Part shown: positions 29,675-40,720 of the stretch, piece after piece | How positions within the stretch are numbered: the stretch's first letter is position 1 | Layout: every line of letters begins with the position of its first letter | DNA from: an uncultured Pseudomonadales bacterium | Lineage (GTDB): Bacteria > Patescibacteriota > Microgenomatia > UBA1400 > PJMF01 | Direction of reading: 5' to 3' | Assembly: GCA_964645645.1 (NCBI GenBank) | Contig: CAZYBC010000004.1 | Coordinates: forward strand, 5,148 to 69,147 | DNA length: 64,000 nucleotides | Position numbers and translations under genes: made by a program | Notes under the pieces: model-generated | The model's input: only the letters and a program-made list of their open reading frames with translations | Database searches by the model: none | Told to the model about the DNA's origin: nothing

Positions 29675-31870
29675 ATGCCATTTCAATTAGTTTCACCCTT
29701 CCAACCCACCGGCGATCAACCTCAAGCTATTGAGGCATTGACTGCTAAAATTCAAGCCGGTAATCGCCACCAAACTTTGTTAGGTGTTACTGGGTCGGGG
29801 AAGACTTTTACCATGGCAAATATTATTGCAAAGACGCAAAAGCCAACTTTAATTATTGCTCATAATAAAACTTTGGCTGCTCAGCTTTATCAGGAATTCC
29901 GCGATTTTTTCCCCAATAATGCCGTTAGCTATTTTGTCTCTTACTACGATTATTATCAGCCAGAAGCTTACATTCCCACCACTGATACTTATATCGAAAA
30001 AGAGGCCCAGATTAATGATGAAATTGATAAGCTACGTTTAGCTAGTACAACCAATTTAATGACCCGCGACGATGTGATTATCATTGCCAGTGTGTCCTGT
30101 ATTTATAACCTTGGTTCACCGGTTGAATATGGTCAATACATGATGGAATTGATTGAAGGGGAAATTATCGCTCGTGAGAGTTTACTAATTCAACTAAGTA
30201 ATATGCAATACGAACGCTCCAGCGCTGAATTACGCCGTGGGACTTATCGTTTGAGAGGGGACACGATTCAAATTTGGCCTGCTTATCAAGATACAGCCCT
30301 CAATCTTGACACTTTAGCCAATCAAATTGTCAGTATTGATGAAATTGATCCAATTTCTGGTCAAATTACTCCGGACAGTCGGGCTTTTCAAGCCCAAACC
30401 GGTCATCTCAAACGTTATGTTTTATATCCAGCTAAACATTATCTTATTAATCCCAAAAACCAGGCTGATTCCATTAAAGAAATTGAGCAAGATTTGATTG
30501 ATCGGGTAGCTCAACTTACCCAAGCTGGTAAAACCCTTGAGGCTTACCGCTTAAAACAAAAAGTTAGTTATGACTTAGAAATGATTAAAGAATTTGGTTT
30601 TGTGAATGGCATTGAAAACTATTCACGCTATTTTGACGGCCGAGAGCCAGGATCCGCCCCTTTTACTTTGCTGGAATATTTCCGCGAAAACCGCCGCCGC
30701 TTTGGCAAAACTGCTGATGGTCAAGCAGACACTTTCTTAACCATTATTGATGAAAGCCATATCAGTGTGCCGCAAATTCGGGGTATGTATAACGGCGACC
30801 AAGCCCGCAAAAAAACCCTGATTGATTACGGTTTCCGCTTGCCCAGTGCTTTGGATAACCGCCCGTTACAATTTCAAGAATTTTTAGCTAATAATGATCA
30901 ATTTTTATATGTCAGCGCCACCCCCAATGATTGGGAGGTTCAGCAGAGTGGAGGAGAAGAGCAAATTGTAGAACAACTCATTCGTCCCACAGGCTTGCTA
31001 GATCCACAATTAGAAGTCCGCTCCAGTAAAAATCAAATTGAAGATTTAGTTTGGGAAGTAGTTTTGCGCAAACAACGTGGCCAACGGGCTATCGTCACCA
31101 CCTTAACTAAAAAAATGGCTGAGGTTTTAACTGACTATCTGAATGACGAACAAAAAATTAAAAAATTAATCGCCCATCACCTAAAAAATAATCCAGAATT
31201 ATCCGCTGATAATTTAGCTCTACCCAAAGTCGCTTATCTACACTCTGATGTTGAAACCTTAGAACGCTCTGATATTTTAACTTCATTGCGTAAAGGTGAA
31301 TATGACGTGGTGGTTGGGATTAACTTGCTGCGTGAAGGTTTAGATTTACCAGAAGTCACTTTAGTAGCAATTTTAGACGCTGATAAAGAAGGATTTTTGC
31401 GCAGCGCCACTTCTTTGATTCAAACCATCGGCCGGGCCGCTCGTCATGATCAAGGCATGGCCATTCTTTATGCAGAAAAAATTACCAGATCAATGCAAAT
31501 TGCTATTGATGAGACCAAACGCAGACGACAAATTCAACTCGAATATAACCAAGAACATGGCATTACGCCGGCCACGATTATTAAACCAATCCGAGACCGA
31601 ATGGTAGAGAAAAAAGAAGACAATGACTATGAAACCATTGGCCAAAATTCATCAGCTAAGTCTGCCAACAAAAAACCCAAGAAACCATTGTTAGTTTATC
31701 TATCTAAAAAAGAAGCTGTTGATCTAAATAATTTTGATCCCACTAGTTTTACCCCAGGAGAAAAAAATCGGCTGGCTAAACTGTTGAAAACCAAAATGCA
31801 CCAAGCCGCTGATGATTTAGATTTTGAACTAGCGGCAATTATTAGGGATAGCTTAAGCAAAATAGAATAG
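29675..31870 (+). CDS. uvrB: Excinuclease ABC subunit B
   Basis: GVTGSGKT, YYDYYQPEAY, IDESH, GINLLREGLDLPEV, C-terminal UVR domain. Confidence 0.98.
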   Translation: MPFQLVSPFQPTGDQPQAIEALTAKIQAGNRHQTLLGVTGSGKTFTMANIIAKTQKPTLIIAHNKTLAAQLYQEFRDFFPNNAVSYFVSYYDYYQPEAYIPTTDTYIEKEAQINDEIDKLRLASTTNLMTRDDVIIIASVSCIYNLGSPVEYGQYMMELIEGEIIARESLLIQLSNMQYERSSAELRRGTYRLRGDTIQIWPAYQDTALNLDTLANQIVSIDEIDPISGQITPDSRAFQAQTGHLKRYVLYPAKHYLINPKNQADSIKEIEQDLIDRVAQLTQAGKTLEAYRLKQKVSYDLEMIKEFGFVNGIENYSRYFDGREPGSAPFTLLEYFRENRRRFGKTADGQADTFLTIIDESHISVPQIRGMYNGDQARKKTLIDYGFRLPSALDNRPLQFQEFLANNDQFLYVSATPNDWEVQQSGGEEQIVEQLIRPTGLLDPQLEVRSSKNQIEDLVWEVVLRKQRGQRAIVTTLTKKMAEVLTDYLNDEQKIKKLIAHHLKNNPELSADNLALPKVAYLHSDVETLERSDILTSLRKGEYDVVVGINLLREGLDLPEVTLVAILDADKEGFLRSATSLIQTIGRAARHDQGMAILYAEKITRSMQIAIDETKRRRQIQLEYNQEHGITPATIIKPIRDRMVEKKEDNDYETIGQNSSAKSANKKPKKPLLVYLSKKEAVDLNNFDPTSFTPGEKNRLAKLLKTKMHQAADDLDFELAAIIRDSLSKIE

Positions 31871-31882
31871 TACAATATTGAT

Positions 31883-32083
31883 ATGTATAATTGGAACATA
31901 GACACTACTAAATTAAAGAAAAATCCTGATGAATACGCTAAATTTATTTTAGAACAAAGAATTAATTTTGGACTAAATGGTAAAAAACTTTCATTAAAAA
32001 ACCTTAAAAAATACTGGAACGAGTTAGATATTGATTTGGCAAAAAAAAATTATTTACAAAAAATTATATGGCCTCAATCTTAA
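31883..32083 (+). CDS. Small putative antitoxin partner of the downstream nucleotidyltransferase
   Basis: 66 aa (WNID...LEQRINFG); overlaps next gene; TACAAT 6 nt before ATG. Confidence 0.6.
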   Translation: MYNWNIDTTKLKKNPDEYAKFILEQRINFGLNGKKLSLKNLKKYWNELDIDLAKKNYLQKIIWPQS

Positions 32084-32724
32084 CTAAACAACAAAAATTA
32101 GCTTTAAAACTTATTGCACAAACGCAACTTGCTTCATTTTTTTATTTTTCTGGTGGAACAGCTTTAGCACATTATTATTTACGACATCGCAAATCAGAAG
32201 ATTTAGATTTTTTTTGCGAAAATGAATTTGATCCACAACAAATTACGATCATTTTAAAAAGTATTCAAAATAAACTCAAGTTTAATGAATTTGATTTTCA
32301 AAATAGTTTTAACCGAAATTTATATTTTTTAAAATTTGATGATAATTATGTTTTAAAACTTGAATTTACTTATTATCCTTTTCAACAAATTGAAAAACCT
32401 TCAAAAAAAGATAATTTATTAATAGATAGTCCAATTGACATCGCTACTAACAAATTATTCACCATTGTCCAAAAACCCAGAGGTAGAGATTATTATGATT
32501 TGTATTATTTAATTGATAAATATGGCTACCAAATTGAAGATTTACGCATGAAAGCTAAGATTAAATTTGATTGGCATATTGATCCATTACAATTAGCTTC
32601 TAGGTTAAATGAAGTTGACCTAAAATTAGATGATCCAATTCTTTTAAAAAAAATCAATAAGAAAAAATTGATTAATTTTTTTCAAAATGAAGCCATAAAA
32701 TTAAGCAAAAAAATTTTAGATTGA
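32068..32724 (+). CDS. AbiEii/AbiGii-family nucleotidyltransferase
   Basis: FSGGTAL, HRKSEDLDF, K......RGRDYYDL. Confidence 0.88.
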   Translation: MASILTKQQKLALKLIAQTQLASFFYFSGGTALAHYYLRHRKSEDLDFFCENEFDPQQITIILKSIQNKLKFNEFDFQNSFNRNLYFLKFDDNYVLKLEFTYYPFQQIEKPSKKDNLLIDSPIDIATNKLFTIVQKPRGRDYYDLYYLIDKYGYQIEDLRMKAKIKFDWHIDPLQLASRLNEVDLKLDDPILLKKINKKKLINFFQNEAIKLSKKILD

Positions 32725-32758
32725 GATAATTTTTACACCACCTTTTTTATTTACTTTG

Positions 32759-32897
32759 CCATTCCGCCTGCGGCGTATTTAATTAGGAAATTAGTAATAC
32801 ACTTTGTAAACCATTCAAACGAAGCTTGTTGCGTTTAATTAAGCTGTTGATGTAAACCATTCCACCTGTGGTGTGTTTACAAAGCCTATGATCAATA
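32759..32897 (-). repeat. Second array of the 27-bp motif (32853-32879, variant 32807-32837, partial 32759-32781), homologous to 5452-5603
   Basis: Reverse complement TATTGATCATAGGCTTTGTAAACACACCACAGGTGGAATGGTTTACA nearly equals 5454-5500. Confidence 0.88.
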
Positions 32898-32900
32898 GAC

Positions 32901-34922
32901 CTATTCATATCTCAACGCATTTAATGCTGAAATTTTGGTGGCTCTTTTAGCAGGATAATGACCAGTTAAAATTCCCACAATGGTTGATAAAAACATTACA
33001 GAAATAACAAAAGTAAAAGGAATTACTGAGACATCAACTAAACCAACTCCCTTTACCACAGCTACACTGGATAAAGCCAAACTCAATAATTTTCCTGCGC
33101 TATAACCAATCATCAATCCCAATAAGCCCCCATAAAAACCCATAATCATCGATTCGGTTAAAAATAATTCTTTTACTTCTGCAGATTTCATGCCCATTGC
33201 TTTCATCAAACCTACTTCACGGGTTCTCTCTAATAAAGACACCGTTAAAGTATTAAACATCCCCAAAGTAGCAACTGCTAAAGCCACCATCCCCACTATC
33301 CCTAAAACTAATCTAAAAGTAGCAAACAAATTATTAATCTGAGCAACTGTATCAACTACTGAAACTGTCCCATAACCCATTGATTCAATCGCCGATCTAA
33401 CATTAGCCAACTGATTTTTTTCTTTGACAATAATTTTAATTTGAGACATGCGATTAATGCCCAAAGACCTCAATTCCACAAAAGGAACATAAACTACAGG
33501 CGTATCTTCTTCTGGAGTAACTCCTACAATTTTGTAAGTGGTGGGGGCAGATTCAATTCTTTCTGTTTCTCCCTCAACCAAATTACCAATTGCCACAAAA
33601 GTTAAAGTGATTTCTTGACCGACAGCTTGATTTTCAGCTAAACCGATGACATTTAACACTGCTTTGTTAACTACTGCTTCTCGTAAAGAATTTTTATTGA
33701 GCTCTACAACCTTAATTTTGTTATTTATGGGCATATTAGCCGAACTACTAGCCAAATTAACAATTGGCAAAGTGCCATCAGCTTTAGTAACGCCTAACAC
33801 TTTGGCTGACTCATTGACTGTAATTGGAGAAAGCCAAGCCGTATAACCCTCTTTTATTAATTGTTTGCCAGCTTCATCTCTAAGAGGAATATATTGCCCA
33901 TCTTCACAATCTTGGTCAACCACGGCTAAAGCATTTACCTCGGTTTTTTCTGCCTCAGTTTTAACGCAAGTTTGATTTTTCCACAAAGTAAATTCTGCCT
34001 TAATCCAAAAAGCAGTGTTTGTTGGTAAACTATCTTCTGGACCAGCATAATCGGCATAATGATCACCTAAAACTTGACTGCCATTTTGAGTCTCAGCTAC
34101 TTTTTTAGTGTAACCTAATACCGAACTTTGAGTAGAGGATTCACTACGCACTCTCAGCCACTCACCCTCTTTAATACTAAAAGTTAAAAGCTCAGCGCTA
34201 TCACTAGCTTGCTGAGTTTGACCAGTAATATCAGTAGTAATAATCTTGCTTGATTTTGGTGAAGTAGAACTAACTAAATCATCACTCACAAAAATTTGGC
34301 CGTGAATGGGCTGAATAGCTGAGCTTTTTAAATAATCGGTGGTAACTCCATAAACTGCTAAATCTGAAACAGAATTTTGATAAGAAATTTTACCAACAAC
34401 ACTGATTAAGGGGAGTGTAGCCTTAATTTGTGGCATATCTTTTAAACTAGCCAGCAATGATTCATTTAAAGCAGTTTCTTCACTTAACCCAGGTAAAATT
34501 TCTGCTTGTTCAAGCTCTTCCAACCGAGCCACTCGTGAAGTAACTAAATTTTCTAAACCATAACCAACTGAGACTAAAAAAACAATAAAAGCAATACTAA
34601 TGGCCATCCCGCCAATCGTGACCATGGTTCTGGTTTTTTTAACCTGCATATTGCGGAATGACAATTCAATTAAATAAGATCGGCTTAAAGTTTTTTGCTG
34701 ATTTTTTTCTAAAAAATCCAAAGTTTTTTCATAAAATTTATCAAATTGACCGGCCAAAGAGAGAACAGGTTTTAACCAAAAATAATCTTTTTTAATAGCT
34801 AATAAAAGATTAAAAACAATCTTAAGAGAATATAAAACCACCATTAACATAAAGCTGGCAAGATTTTTAAATCTAAATAACAACATCTTTAACCAGTTGT
34901 TTATTTTTTTCCAAATGATCAT
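32901..34922 (-). CDS. MacB/FtsX-type ABC permease, paralog of 3444-5450
   Basis: ERTREVGLMKAMG, YPAKRATKISALNALRYE. Confidence 0.92.
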   Translation of the reverse strand: MIIWKKINNWLKMLLFRFKNLASFMLMVVLYSLKIVFNLLLAIKKDYFWLKPVLSLAGQFDKFYEKTLDFLEKNQQKTLSRSYLIELSFRNMQVKKTRTMVTIGGMAISIAFIVFLVSVGYGLENLVTSRVARLEELEQAEILPGLSEETALNESLLASLKDMPQIKATLPLISVVGKISYQNSVSDLAVYGVTTDYLKSSAIQPIHGQIFVSDDLVSSTSPKSSKIITTDITGQTQQASDSAELLTFSIKEGEWLRVRSESSTQSSVLGYTKKVAETQNGSQVLGDHYADYAGPEDSLPTNTAFWIKAEFTLWKNQTCVKTEAEKTEVNALAVVDQDCEDGQYIPLRDEAGKQLIKEGYTAWLSPITVNESAKVLGVTKADGTLPIVNLASSSANMPINNKIKVVELNKNSLREAVVNKAVLNVIGLAENQAVGQEITLTFVAIGNLVEGETERIESAPTTYKIVGVTPEEDTPVVYVPFVELRSLGINRMSQIKIIVKEKNQLANVRSAIESMGYGTVSVVDTVAQINNLFATFRLVLGIVGMVALAVATLGMFNTLTVSLLERTREVGLMKAMGMKSAEVKELFLTESMIMGFYGGLLGLMIGYSAGKLLSLALSSVAVVKGVGLVDVSVIPFTFVISVMFLSTIVGILTGHYPAKRATKISALNALRYE

Positions 34923-35701
34923 TGCTGTAATTTTTCTCCTCGTTTTGTATTATGAATATTTTTTTTAAAATATTCACTGGGATTTGTAGCTTGAGAAATA
35001 ATTTTGCCATCAAACATTTCTAAACTCCGAGAAGCATAATCTAAATATTCCAAATCGTGAGTCACCATAATCACTGTTTTACCTTGCCGATGTAAATTAG
35101 CCAGCAATTTCATCAACTCTTGACCAGATTTAAAATCTAAATTACCAGTTGGCTCATCCGCAATGATTAAATCTGGATTAGTCACCATCGCTCTAGCTAA
35201 AGCCACGCGTTGTTGTTGTCCGCTAGATAACTCTGTAGGGATATAATCTTGCCAATCGGTCATGCCTACTAAATCTAAAACCGCCAAAGCCTTTACGGCA
35301 GCCTCTTTGGCTTTCATGCCGCTTAAACGCAATGGAAACATCACATTTTCTTTAACCGTTAAAGCTTTTACCCAGTTGGGCTGCTGATAAACCATGCCAA
35401 TGTAATATTTTCTTAAATCAGATAGGCCATCTTCATCAAGGCTATCATATAAAGATTGACCTTTAAATAAAACTTTGCCATGAGTAGGTTTTTCCAAGCC
35501 CAATAAAATATGCAATAAGGTAGATTTACCACAACCTGATGGCCCAAAAATTACTAAAAATTCGCCAGCTTTTACGACTAAATTAATATCCATTAAAATA
35601 GGCGTGGCTTGAGCTTTCACAAAAAAAGTTTTATCTATATTAATCGCTTCAAGCACAGGGCGATTAGATTTTGCTGGTAGAGTCTTATTCATTTCAATCA
35701 T
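34919..35701 (-). CDS. ABC transporter ATP-binding protein
   Basis: [27 protein letters not shown]. Confidence 0.95.
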   Translation of the reverse strand: MIEMNKTLPAKSNRPVLEAINIDKTFFVKAQATPILMDINLVVKAGEFLVIFGPSGCGKSTLLHILLGLEKPTHGKVLFKGQSLYDSLDEDGLSDLRKYYIGMVYQQPNWVKALTVKENVMFPLRLSGMKAKEAAVKALAVLDLVGMTDWQDYIPTELSSGQQQRVALARAMVTNPDLIIADEPTGNLDFKSGQELMKLLANLHRQGKTVIMVTHDLEYLDYASRSLEMFDGKIISQATNPSEYFKKNIHNTKRGEKLQQ

Positions 35702-35704
35702 TGA

Positions 35705-38700
35705 TTATTCCTTAATAATTCGCAAAAAACTAAACGCTGAACTTAAATTTTCCATCACTAAATCAAAAGCTGAGCGAGTGGCTTTGGGCGCAATCGTAGC
35801 CATATCAATACTGAGCGCTTCATTCCCAGCTGCGTCTTTAGAAATAGCTCTTAAGTGATAAACCTGGCTAGGCGTAAGACCAGAAATAATTACCGAGTGA
35901 TTAAGAGTTAAATTGCCATCTTCTTGAGTTTTTTGACCATAACTTGTCCCAGTGCCTTCTCCATATTCTACTTGGGTAGTAGCTGGCTCATCAGTCGTCC
36001 AAGAGACTACCAGTTGAGCTTTTACTTGACCAGCCGCAAAACCAACTGGCGGAATAGTGCCACCAATTACTTTCAACCCAATAATTTGTGATGGTCGAGT
36101 ATCAGTAGCCGTCGTAAACACAAAAGTATCAGAAGAAGCTTCATTGCCAGCTTTATCCAAGCCTTTTACTAGTAGATTATATTGTTGAGAAGGCAAAAAG
36201 CCAGAAATAGTCATCTCTCGATTACCAGCCAACAACTCCACATCAACTTGATCTTTAGCCAGACTGGGTTGACCAACTGGATAATAGCTAACAATTGCTG
36301 AAGTCGGCGTATTGACTGTCCAACTAACTAAAATGGTAGTTTGAGAAGTGCCGGCTACTTCTTGCAAACTCACATTCGTAATCCTTGGTCTAGGCATGGT
36401 AGTAAAAGTTAAAGCCTGACCTTCATACTCATAACCTTCGCTATCAAAAGTATTAATTTTGTAATAATAAGTAGTGCCATCTTCCAGACCAGATAACTCA
36501 GTGGTCACTATATTAGCCGTGGTAGAAGTAGCCACCTCTTTTAAACCACCAAAGGCCGTACTTTTACCATAATAAATTTTAACGCTACTTGCTCCACTAA
36601 CAGTATATTTAATGATGGCACTGCTTAGGCCAATTTGAGTAGCTTGAGGATCTGTGACTGAAGGCGCCGCTTGAGTGGTAAAACGCTTTTCACTACTTGT
36701 ACCAGTGTTACCGTCTTCATCAGTCCACTTCACTTTATAATAATAGACTGTACCTGGAGACAAATTAGTTAAATTAATAGTGTGGTCAGTCACTTGAGAA
36801 GCATTAGATGGTTCTTCGGTAAAATAACTTCCTGAACTAGTGCCAAAAGACACTTTAGAATCACTGTTTCTACTAGTTGTCCAAACAATTTTAGCTTTTC
36901 TGGTAGTCACCGAGCTTTCACTGGGGCCAGAAGTTAAACTAGCCGCCTCAGTATAAGTGCCTTTGGGAGTAAGAGTAACCGCATTGGTATAGGAAGGACT
37001 AGCCGTTGATTCGCTAGAAGTATCACTTGTGCCAATCCGCCAATAATACTGCCTTGATTCGCCAACAGTATCCACATAAGCTGTCCCGCTGGTGGTAGTA
37101 ACAGTAGTCCAAATAGAACCATCGGTTGACCTTTGCACTGTATAGGTTAAGGTACCAGTGCCTTGGTAAGTAGGATGATTCCAAGCTAAAGAAGCCCGCC
37201 ATAAAGAAGCAGATTTAATTGATGCATCAGCCACACTTAAATCTTTGGCTGGATCTGGCATAGTAGAGTTTAAAGTAAAAGTGCCAGCAATATAGTTACT
37301 AGGAGAATAGTTATCTCCGTCATCCACCGCCACTACTCGCACGGTATTGCTCCCTTTTTGCACGCCAGCTAATTCGCTAGCTGATAAACTGGTGCCAGTA
37401 ATAGGGATATAAGTGGCTGAATTAGAAGTTAAAGTGCTCAAAGTTGAAGGCGGAGTAGTATTAATCATGTAGTAATAACTAGCAATCGTTTGCCCATCCG
37501 CCGGCGTAGCCGCTGGCCAGGAAAGAGCAAAAGAATTGCTCGTGCTAGTGGTTGGCGTAATCGTCACCACTGCATCACCAGCAAAAACTGGAGCATCTCC
37601 TCCATAAGCCAAATTCCCAGTTCTATAAGTAGAAGGGGAAGAAACATTGCCAGCTAAATCAACCGTTCTAAAAGAAATAATATTATCACCAATCACTAAA
37701 TAATCACCATCACGAGCTTGAGTTAAATAAAGCGGTTGCTCATAAGCAGCGGGGATATAAGAAATGCCCAATAAAGCATGCGTGCTGGTGCCAAGCCAAT
37801 CACCACTATTATTAAGCATGTATTGCCACCCCAAAACTGCCGAGTGGACATCACTACTAGCTGCACTGCCACTGGTAGGCCAAGAAAAATTCATGTCCAC
37901 AATGTTATTAAATGTTCCAGAAGCAGGATTAATATAGGACACATTAGTCGGCGCAGTATTATCAAAAATAAAACTAAAAGTGGCCATACTGGTGTTATAA
38001 GTATTACCAGCATTATCAATGGCTTTAATATTCAAATGATAAGTGGTGCCATTCACAAAACTACTGGATAAATAATCACCAGCAGATAAATCTAAAACCT
38101 CACTAGCCACAATAAACATACAATCAGTGCCAAGCGTAGAAACTGGAGAATTGGTGAGCAGGCCCGCGGTACCAGATTGCGTTAAATGATTGCCAGGATC
38201 AGCACTAGCTGAAGTACCAAGATACAAACAATAACCTTTTAAGTCTGATCCACCCACATTATCAGCCCCAGCACTCCAGGTAAAATAAGGTTCAGTACTA
38301 TTAGAATAACCAGCCTCTGGAATAGTGTGGCCAGCCACGGCTGACTTCATCACAATGGCGGAGGCATTAGTGGCAGGCTCAGTAATATCAGTGCTGTAGT
38401 CAGCAATACTCACCCCAGGGCTAGTAAAATTTAACCAGCCCACATCTTCACTAAAAGCATAACCACTTAAAGTGCCAGTACTCAGGTTAATCGTTACCGC
38501 ACTATTGTAATTGCTGAAATCAATATAAGCGCCAGTTGCTACCACTAAGGCTTTACCAGCTAAAATCCCGGTATCTGGATCATAAGTGACTGGCCCTTGC
38601 GGATTATCAGTTTCACCAAAAGCCACCCAACCCACATCTTCACTAAACACATAGCCCTCAAAATTGTGGGCAATCATATTAATCCGGACATTAGAATTGT

Positions 38701-38872
38701 AATTATCAAAATCTAAAAAAACACTAGTGTTTGCTGCTACGGCCTTACCAGAGATAGCAAAGCTAGAAGCATAAACCAAAGGATGAAAACTTTTTAGCAC
38801 TAAAAGACCAGCCAGCACTAAACTAACTAACGGCAAAAACTTCTTGGCAGAGTTTAGCTTAAACTTTAACAC
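35705..38872 (-). CDS. Secreted Fn3/Ig-like repeat surface protein
   Basis: Signal peptide; N-terminal GY(V/A)FSEDVGW repeats; multiple Fn3 modules; paralog of 1-2700. Confidence 0.88.
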   Translation of the reverse strand: MLKFKLNSAKKFLPLVSLVLAGLLVLKSFHPLVYASSFAISGKAVAANTSVFLDFDNYNSNVRINMIAHNFEGYVFSEDVGWVAFGETDNPQGPVTYDPDTGILAGKALVVATGAYIDFSNYNSAVTINLSTGTLSGYAFSEDVGWLNFTSPGVSIADYSTDITEPATNASAIVMKSAVAGHTIPEAGYSNSTEPYFTWSAGADNVGGSDLKGYCLYLGTSASADPGNHLTQSGTAGLLTNSPVSTLGTDCMFIVASEVLDLSAGDYLSSSFVNGTTYHLNIKAIDNAGNTYNTSMATFSFIFDNTAPTNVSYINPASGTFNNIVDMNFSWPTSGSAASSDVHSAVLGWQYMLNNSGDWLGTSTHALLGISYIPAAYEQPLYLTQARDGDYLVIGDNIISFRTVDLAGNVSSPSTYRTGNLAYGGDAPVFAGDAVVTITPTTSTSNSFALSWPAATPADGQTIASYYYMINTTPPSTLSTLTSNSATYIPITGTSLSASELAGVQKGSNTVRVVAVDDGDNYSPSNYIAGTFTLNSTMPDPAKDLSVADASIKSASLWRASLAWNHPTYQGTGTLTYTVQRSTDGSIWTTVTTTSGTAYVDTVGESRQYYWRIGTSDTSSESTASPSYTNAVTLTPKGTYTEAASLTSGPSESSVTTRKAKIVWTTSRNSDSKVSFGTSSGSYFTEEPSNASQVTDHTINLTNLSPGTVYYYKVKWTDEDGNTGTSSEKRFTTQAAPSVTDPQATQIGLSSAIIKYTVSGASSVKIYYGKSTAFGGLKEVATSTTANIVTTELSGLEDGTTYYYKINTFDSEGYEYEGQALTFTTMPRPRITNVSLQEVAGTSQTTILVSWTVNTPTSAIVSYYPVGQPSLAKDQVDVELLAGNREMTISGFLPSQQYNLLVKGLDKAGNEASSDTFVFTTATDTRPSQIIGLKVIGGTIPPVGFAAGQVKAQLVVSWTTDEPATTQVEYGEGTGTSYGQKTQEDGNLTLNHSVIISGLTPSQVYHLRAISKDAAGNEALSIDMATIAPKATRSAFDLVMENLSSAFSFLRIIKE

Positions 38873-39124
38873 TAAGATAAGAATAGCAAAAAAGAGGCTG
38901 TGATAGCAAGCTGAAAAACTGTTTTGTTTTATCTGGCAATAAAGTCTAAATAATTATCTTTATTTATTGTTTGAAAGTGTGAATTTGGATAATTATCTGT
39001 CCAAGCTTGTGGTAACTTTGCAGTATTTTTACTTAACTTAAATTCAAAACAAACTGAATTAGCGTTAATTCCGCTTGTCTATGATCCGAAATAGCGCCAA
39101 TTCCGCTTATGGAGCTATTTAAAA

Positions 39125-39823
39125 TTATTTTTCATTGCTTTCTTTTCGCAATTGCAATAAAGAAATAGTCTCTTCTCGCAACTTAGCTCTAGCCCAATCC
39201 TTCTGCCCTTCAGTCAATAATTCACCTGACCCATCCAAAATATTGCGGTTATTCATTTTTTCTAATTTTTTAATACATTTTTCTACTAACGTATCGAAAG
39301 GCATCTCTGCTCGCTGTTCTACAATTTTTTTATTAATTAAAAAACGATTTTTCAAAAAAAACCAAACATCATAAATGTCTCGGCTAGTTTTGCCCATCCG
39401 TTCATACATAGCCATTAATTTATGAGCAAACATATCCTCAGCAACCATCACCAGCATCGACATCCCAAGATAAGTTTTTATTTCATATTTTGAGCCAAAA
39501 TGTCTACGATTGATTTCTATCTTAATATTGTGAGCCTTATCTTGATATGAAAGTAAGCAAAATAAATTATGACGTTTTTTATATGAATCTTTAAGTTGCC
39601 CGTATTTTTTCACAATCTCTACCACTCGCTCAAAAACTAAAGCTTCTTTGTCATCATCCAATAAATCAAAATCAAGATCAACTGAAAATCGATCTAAGCC
39701 ATAAAACATTAACAAAGCTGTTCCGCCTTTAAATCCCAAAAAAGGTGAAATAGTGGTATCAGAATAAATATTTTTCAGAATTTGAAACAAAATAGTTTTA
39801 TGAATTACAATATCAAATGTCAT
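39125..39823 (-). CDS. AbiEii nucleotidyltransferase toxin
   Basis: FKGGTAL, RFSVDLDF, HKL...SRDIYD. Confidence 0.9.
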   Translation of the reverse strand: MTFDIVIHKTILFQILKNIYSDTTISPFLGFKGGTALLMFYGLDRFSVDLDFDLLDDDKEALVFERVVEIVKKYGQLKDSYKKRHNLFCLLSYQDKAHNIKIEINRRHFGSKYEIKTYLGMSMLVMVAEDMFAHKLMAMYERMGKTSRDIYDVWFFLKNRFLINKKIVEQRAEMPFDTLVEKCIKKLEKMNNRNILDGSGELLTEGQKDWARAKLREETISLLQLRKESNEK

Positions 39824-40401
39824 AAATTAGATACCTTTTTAAATAAAGACTGCACTTTTTTTTCTAGACTTTTATTTTCATATAATGGTAATAATTGAAA
39901 TATTTTTTTCCAATCAAGCGCTCTTAAATTATCAAAATGATAATCAGTGCTATGATACAAAATGTCCAAAAATGATCTTTCTTTGGTGGCAATAGAAACA
40001 CCATTTGTTTGTTGAATTCCAATGGAATTAGCTAAGATAGCACTTTTTACTTTTCGATATGAATAAATTTGCCCATCAATAATAATTTTTCTACTTAAAT
40101 AAGACGCAACCGTAATCACTGTTTGATATTGGAAGATTAAACCTTCTTTTGCCAAAACAGTTTCAAAACTAACATAAGAGGGTAAAAATATTCTAGTGGC
40201 TAGTTCTAATTTGTTATAATTTTTGTCTTTGACGTAGATGCCTTTGCGCAATCGATAAAGCTGGCCTTTTTTAACATAATAATTTAAACGAACTCTAGCA
40301 GATGTTGTATCATCATCCTGCCACAATAAAGCCAAGTCTTTTAAAGTAAAGACTGTTTTATTTAATCTTAAAATAATATCTAAATAATTACCTTTTTGCA
40401 T
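39820..40401 (-). CDS. AbiEi-type antitoxin/transcriptional regulator
   Basis: wHTH (LYRLRKGIY), SYVSFETVL, ATKERSFLD. Confidence 0.88.
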   Translation of the reverse strand: MQKGNYLDIILRLNKTVFTLKDLALLWQDDDTTSARVRLNYYVKKGQLYRLRKGIYVKDKNYNKLELATRIFLPSYVSFETVLAKEGLIFQYQTVITVASYLSRKIIIDGQIYSYRKVKSAILANSIGIQQTNGVSIATKERSFLDILYHSTDYHFDNLRALDWKKIFQLLPLYENKSLEKKVQSLFKKVSNL

Positions 40402-40448
40402 ATTTTGAACTGTAAGTTAGGTTTAACCTAACCTACAGTTCAAAATAT
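40400..40448. promoter_or_regulatory. 24-bp inverted repeat at the AbiEi start, probable autoregulatory operator
   Basis: ATATTTTGAACTGTAAGTTAGGTT-T-AACCTAACCTACAGTTCAAAATAT, one mismatch. Confidence 0.75.
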
Positions 40449-40720
40449 ATGCTTAATTAAAATCACTGTCAAGCAGCAGCTAGATAAAATAGATGCACTT
40501 GGAAAAAAATTTCTTTATGATAATTAAGCTCTAACATAAAGTGGCCAGATTTTTAAACAGCTATGCTATTTAGCTACAGCTATTAAAAGAGAAGTTTAAT
40601 AAATTAAAAGGCGATTTACTTACCTATTTTTTAGGTATAAATAACCCACTTTTTTTATCTAAAAACCAGCTAAAATACTTAGCTTTACGATAAGAAAGTC
40701 TACAAAGTAAATCTTTTTTA

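Noticed and set aside
35705-38872. Additional VRs in the Fn3 proteins
   Set aside because: No similarity to TR found by eye at either Fn3 C-terminus or elsewhere in the window
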